From the NCBI GenBank assembly GCA_000004985.1, contig GG738866.1: a DNA stretch of 64,000 bases. One strand, given 5' to 3'. Below are positions 60,263 to 64,000 of this stretch, one piece after another. The first letter of the stretch is position 1. Each line of letters begins with the position of its first letter. Made by a program: the position numbers and the translations under genes. The notes beneath the pieces are model-generated. The model saw nothing but the letters and a program-made list of their open reading frames with translations. It ran no database searches and had not been told where the DNA came from. This DNA is from Naegleria gruberi (lineage: Eukaryota).

Positions 60263-61637
60263 CTATTTCCTTCTTCACTTCATTCTCCAACTTCTTCATT
60301 TCTTCCAACAATCTGCCGTTTTCTTTTGAAAATTCTTCTAATTGTTTCATTCTTGAATTAGCTTCATTAGCATTTTCTTTGAGTTGCTCTTTTTGAGTGC
60401 TCATGAGGTCCTTGAGAATATTGATTTGTTTCTCTTTAGCGTTACATGTTGTTTCAGCATTGCTAATCTTTTCTTTCAACTCTTGATTAGTGTGCTCGAG
60501 ATTATCGATAACCGATTGTTTGTCTTTTGATACTTGAAATTCCTTCTTAAGAGTTTCTTGAATAGAATCTCTTTCAGATGATAATTGTTGAATTTGTTTT
60601 GATAGCTCAGTGTTGATCTTTTCCATTCCACAAATATTTGCTTGTTTCTCTTGAACCATTTCTTTTCCCTTCTTCACTTCATTCTTCATTTCTTCCAACA
60701 GTCTTTCTCTTTCCTTTGCTAAACGGCAATCTTCCAACCGCATATCTTCAATCCTTTTTTCATGTTCATCCTTCAAGTTATCATACATTTTCTCAACTTC
60801 TAAAATTTGTACATGTAGACCTCTCAATTCATCATTTCTGTGTGCTAAATCTTCACTAAGATTTTCTATTGTTTTCATAGCCTCGGCAACTTGCTGCTCG
60901 GTTTTGAAGAGTGCTTCACCTTTACCAAGGTTTTCTCCAGTTAAATTTTCAACCTCACCCAGCAATTCTTCAATTTTCTTTTCATTCTCACAAATGGTGT
61001 GACAAAGATCCTGTTTGTTTTGTTCGAGAGACTTGGATAACTGCACTAGATCTTCTAAATATTGGTGCATTTTCTCCTTCTCTTGTAAAAGTTGCTGCCT
61101 CTCAGAAGCAATCTCATTGTTAGCTTGATCGAGTTGGTCAATTTTCTTCTTTTGTTCCATTGTTTGTTCTTTCTCTACATTGAGTTCGTTTAATCTTTCC
61201 GAAATTGAGTGTTGTAAAACGCTAATTTTCTCATCCTTTCTTTCGATATCACTCTTAAGTTGTTCGGTTTCATTCTCCATCACTTTCAACTTCTCAACAA
61301 TAATATTTGCCTCTTCTCTTCTCTTGTTGCAACAGTCCTCAAGATCTTTTTCTCTAGCATTTAGTCTTTCTGTCAATCGCTTTATATCCTCCTCGAGTTG
61401 TGTTGTTCTTTGAGATTTAGTATCCTGTTCATAGGTTAAATCCTTAATTTTTTCTCGGAGACTTTGGGATTCTACTTGTTTTTTCTCCCACATATTAGTA
61501 ATTTTTGCTAGCTTTTCATCTTTCTCATTTAATTGGAGAGAAAGGCTATCATTTCTTGTTTGTAAAGCATTCAACTCTTCTTCCTTCTGTTGGTTAAGTT
61601 GGTCTAGAGCAGAAATATTGGACAGAGAGTCTTTCAC
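60231..61637 (-). CDS. Giant coiled-coil gene, segment 2 of 4 (frame shifted relative to segment 1; no ATG at its start)
   Basis: This frame opens with GTG immediately after a TAA and overlaps the segment 1 stop by 4 nt. The coiled coil continues (KDSLSNISALDQLNQQKEEELNAL...). The segment ends ...EVKKEIDDSRETSKDL*. Confidence 0.5.
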   Translation of the reverse strand: MKDSLSNISALDQLNQQKEEELNALQTRNDSLSLQLNEKDEKLAKITNMWEKKQVESQSLREKIKDLTYEQDTKSQRTTQLEEDIKRLTERLNAREKDLEDCCNKRREEANIIVEKLKVMENETEQLKSDIERKDEKISVLQHSISERLNELNVEKEQTMEQKKKIDQLDQANNEIASERQQLLQEKEKMHQYLEDLVQLSKSLEQNKQDLCHTICENEKKIEELLGEVENLTGENLGKGEALFKTEQQVAEAMKTIENLSEDLAHRNDELRGLHVQILEVEKMYDNLKDEHEKRIEDMRLEDCRLAKERERLLEEMKNEVKKGKEMVQEKQANICGMEKINTELSKQIQQLSSERDSIQETLKKEFQVSKDKQSVIDNLEHTNQELKEKISNAETTCNAKEKQINILKDLMSTQKEQLKENANEANSRMKQLEEFSKENGRLLEEMKKLENEVKKEIDDSRETSKDL

Positions 61638-63034
61638 TTATCTTTCAGCTCCGATATCTTTGTGTTTTTGGTATCTATAATTTTTGCAGAGTTTTCATTT
61701 TCCTCACGTAAAGAAGAAACTTCTCCTTTAAGTTTGGTAACTATTTCAGAAATATTGATTGTTTCTCTTTCTAATTCTGCAGATCTTTCCGTAGATCTTT
61801 CCTTTTCTTTGGTTACCTTTTTTAACTCTTGGAAAATATTATTATGTCTTATTTGTACCTCATTTTCTTTTTTCTGAGATTCTGTCTTTAATTGTTGGAT
61901 TTCGTTTTCCAACTTTTCTTTAAGAGATGTGGCTTCTTTCTTTTGCAAGGATAAGTCTTTATCAAGACCCCTATTCTTTTCTGTTAGAGAAGAAACTTTC
62001 TTCGATAATTCTTCTTCTTTCTTCTTTGCTGCCTCCTTTTCTTTTGCACTTTCTGCATGAAGTTTGGTAGTTGAGGTCTTGTATTGCTCATCTAATCTCT
62101 CAAGGTTTGAGTTTTGAGTTCTTGCTTCGGTTTTTGCTTCCTCGAACTTTTGTTCAAGATTAGCTATTGTGTCTTTGAGCGATGCAACTAAATCTCTGCT
62201 TTCTTTTAATTCATTCTGTTTGATTTTGCTTCTTTGATTAGCAGACTCTAGATCTTTGTTCAGCCTATCTATTCTATTCTCCAATGAGGTTTGCTCCAAT
62301 GTGAGAGACTTGTATTGCATGACCATCAATACCACCATAATACCAAAAATGATAGATGTTACAACCTTATCTTCCCTCTCATCATCAGTGTTATCCATTG
62401 TGGTCTTGACAGAAATATCAAATCCTGAATATCCCTCCAACCCTGGTACAGTTCTAATGAATTGTGAAACCTTATCGGGCTCATCAAATAATTTGGAAGC
62501 CTTTGTTTCCATGAACTTTCTGATGTGTTGAGTGTTGAGGTTTGTCTTTTCATTTGCATATTCAAAGACTTGCATATAAATAATTACTTCAAAGACTGCA
62601 CTCATACACTTTGTGGAGCCTCTACAAATCGAATAGACACGATGATCAACCTCCTTCTTTAAAATTGGAACAACCTGCTCATGATGAATAACAAGATTAC
62701 CACACTCACTATTCAAAGACTTTTCTAATTGCCTGGAAATCATTGCATCAATTTTTCTATCTAAATTGGCCACACCACAGTATTTGTTATCGGAAGCGCA
62801 ACCATTCTTGTATTCTGTTAAGGCTTGAACAAAATAAAAATTCTTGATGAGTTGTGAATGGCAATCTTGCTCTAGCAGAGACAAATCGATGAGTGAAGTC
62901 TCGTTAATTATTATGGTCTTTGATGAGGGTATTGTTGTAAAATCGCTCGACTTGAATGGTGTATAAAATTGGCTAATTATCAATACCACCAAGGCTAAAG
63001 CACTAAGGAACAAATTTATCCTTGTAGCTTGCAT
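61634..63034 (-). CDS. Giant coiled-coil gene with two transmembrane segments, segment 1 of 4 (N-terminal lumenal and transmembrane domain plus coiled coil, 466 aa up to an in-frame TGA)
   Basis: ATG at 63034. The N-terminal domain is homologous to the 40146 gene: LLEQDCHSQLIKNFYFVQALTEYKNGC against LLSKDCSSQLVKNFYFEKALSQYKEKC; ECGNLVIHHEQV against RCNNLIIHSENV; ICRGSTKCMSAVFEVIIYMQVF against ICGNSTECIQTVHEMIIYHQAF. The second transmembrane segment is SIIFGIMVVLMVMQY. Confidence 0.7.
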   Translation of the reverse strand: MQATRINLFLSALALVVLIISQFYTPFKSSDFTTIPSSKTIIINETSLIDLSLLEQDCHSQLIKNFYFVQALTEYKNGCASDNKYCGVANLDRKIDAMISRQLEKSLNSECGNLVIHHEQVVPILKKEVDHRVYSICRGSTKCMSAVFEVIIYMQVFEYANEKTNLNTQHIRKFMETKASKLFDEPDKVSQFIRTVPGLEGYSGFDISVKTTMDNTDDEREDKVVTSIIFGIMVVLMVMQYKSLTLEQTSLENRIDRLNKDLESANQRSKIKQNELKESRDLVASLKDTIANLEQKFEEAKTEARTQNSNLERLDEQYKTSTTKLHAESAKEKEAAKKKEEELSKKVSSLTEKNRGLDKDLSLQKKEATSLKEKLENEIQQLKTESQKKENEVQIRHNNIFQELKKVTKEKERSTERSAELERETINISEIVTKLKGEVSSLREENENSAKIIDTKNTKISELKDK

Positions 63035-63401
63035 TGTTTTTTTTCTGGTTTTGAATTGTTCTTATTTGCGAGAGAGTTGGAACGCGTTGAATTTTTCTGT
63101 TGTTCACAAATGTCTGAAACTGACTCCTTGATGGACAAGAATATGTGATTCCACAAAATATTCGGAAGGATATCAAACCTTCATCATGAATTTTTCATAC
63201 TATTATTCAGTTATCAAAAAGCATTGTCTTCCTACATTGAATTAAATTGCCACATAGAAATCATTTAATAGCTTCTTTGGTTTTTCTTCAAAGGAACTAC
63301 AGGTTATTTAGATATTTATAATTAAATTGTTGATTTTCAGAAGAAACCAGCCTAATATTTGTCATTGCATTTTTAATAATTTGTTTTAAAATTAATATTT
63401 A

Positions 63402-64000
63402 TTAAACTAGGGTGTCGAAACAAGAAGTAAATGCCTTATTCCACGATTTAACATCCTCATAATCCTCAAATTGGTAACACATATGGAATTCAATATCATG
63501 TTCATCAATTTCAAGACTCTTTTCTTCCTTGTACTTCGTAATTACAACATTTACATCTCCAACAATTTCATCGGTGACTTTAAATGGAATAAGCCAGTTC
63601 TTTGTTGGAGCTTTAACTACTAAACAATCTCCGAACAAGTAAATTTCGTGCAATTCGTTTTCATGTTTGAAAACTCCCTCCTTGACCAAAAATCGTTTCT
63701 TATTCATCAACTCAGTCATGCCCAAATCCTTATACAACTCAATAACCTTAAATAATGTGTGGTTTTCCAAATATACATCACCTCTGTAATCATCAACTTC
63801 TGAAATTGTGGATAGGAACATATTTACAGAGTCAGTAGCCAAAATATCAGCCAATTCAGTAAGCTTTCCCTTTTGTTGTTGCAAACAAGTAACTGGATCA
63901 AGCAAATAGTAGATTAAATCTCTTGGTTGTGATTGAGTATTCATGTAATTAAAAACATCATTTGTTTGCATATTTTGACAAATAACTTGTAAAGCAGAAG
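63402..64000 (-). CDS. C-terminal fragment of a DH-PH (RhoGEF-like) protein; the ORF is open to the window edge, so the N-terminus lies outside the window
   Basis: The frame upstream of the ATG at 63971 remains open to position 64000 (...SALQVICQN-M...). LIYYLLDPVTCLQQQKGKLTELADIL resembles the end of a DH domain (LIKPVQRI.RY.LLL.EL). RFLVKEGVFKHENELHEIYLFGDCLVVKAP is a PH-like start. Confidence 0.4.
   Translation of the reverse strand, partial: SALQVICQNMQTNDVFNYMNTQSQPRDLIYYLLDPVTCLQQQKGKLTELADILATDSVNMFLSTISEVDDYRGDVYLENHTLFKVIELYKDLGMTELMNKKRFLVKEGVFKHENELHEIYLFGDCLVVKAPTKNWLIPFKVTDEIVGDVNVVITKYKEEKSLEIDEHDIEFHMCYQFEDYEDVKSWNKAFTSCFDTLV

Noticed and set aside
54980-61413. Many Ser/Phe/Leu-rich plus-strand ORFs (for example 56903-57253, 58085-58360 and 59157-59660) across the coiled-coil gene
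   Set aside because: These are antisense translations of GAA/AAG-rich coiled-coil codons. They are low-complexity, lack starts in sensible context, and fully overlap the strongly supported minus-strand gene.
1-64000. Possibility that the window holds a prokaryotic defence or mobile system (the kind of 'system' hinted at in the task)
   Set aside because: Eukaryotic hallmarks are seen throughout: GT-AG spliceosomal introns, a nuclear-type tRNA without encoded CCA, signal peptides and GPI signals, formin, sortilin, GATA, BTB, myosin-like and kinase-like folds, and poly-N/Q tracts. No operon-like short-gene clusters, RBS-like spacing or phage or transposase genes were seen.

Overview
The window is eukaryotic nuclear DNA and almost entirely protein-coding. 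It is AT-rich, with about 65% AT in coding sequence and more than 75% AT in intergenic sequence. Introns are few, very short (42-90 bp) and AT-rich, with GTAAGT or GTATGT donors and (T)AG acceptors. Coding regions carry poly-Asn, poly-Gln and poly-Ser/Thr runs. There is one nuclear-type tRNA with no encoded CCA. These features fit a dictyostelid social amoeba (Amoebozoa); this is inference from composition and gene structure, not a search result. No prokaryotic feature, CRISPR array or transposon was seen.

About 21 genes are present, listed here in window order.
- A poly(ADP-ribose) glycohydrolase (19-1332, minus strand).
- A myosin-like protein whose motor signature motifs are degenerate, a candidate pseudomyosin with IQ motifs and an E/R/K-rich helix (1617-5303).
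- A 1618-aa acidic, low-complexity protein carrying about 20 DFGDF(P) peptide motifs plus DDWLS motifs (5372-10228).
- A single transmembrane protein of more than 3400 aa built from more than 45 tandem EGF-like modules of the CS-IP-ICFG type, interrupted by a 50-N assembly gap (10358-20696).
- An intron-containing GATA-type zinc-finger protein (21080-23401).
- A low-complexity N/Q/S/T/P-rich protein (23449-24186, minus strand).
- A two-exon formin (25884-30133).
- A three-exon alpha/beta hydrolase (30158-31346, minus strand).
- tRNA-Glu(UUC) (31505-31576, minus strand).
- A four-exon secreted protein with a likely GPI anchor (31894-34285).
- A coiled-coil protein (34436-35200, minus strand).
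- An acidic, Thr-rich protein with a C-terminal WGR-like domain (35596-36957, minus strand).
- A Vps10/sortilin receptor (37322-39949).
- A coiled-coil protein with two N-terminal transmembrane segments (40146-43154) and its much larger, frameshift-interrupted paralogue in inverted orientation (54190-63034, minus strand).
- A tail-anchored protein with nine DPF motifs (43328-43936).
- A BTB protein (44081-45070, minus strand).
- A small tail-anchored coiled-coil protein (45427-45834).
- A 2663-aa receptor-like transmembrane pseudokinase that also carries CFG-type EGF modules (46191-54182).
- A DH-PH fragment truncated by the window end (63402-64000, minus strand).

The ORF track accepts GTG and TTG as starts, so several of its M starts are not ATG. 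True ATG starts and splice junctions were re-derived by reading the sequence.
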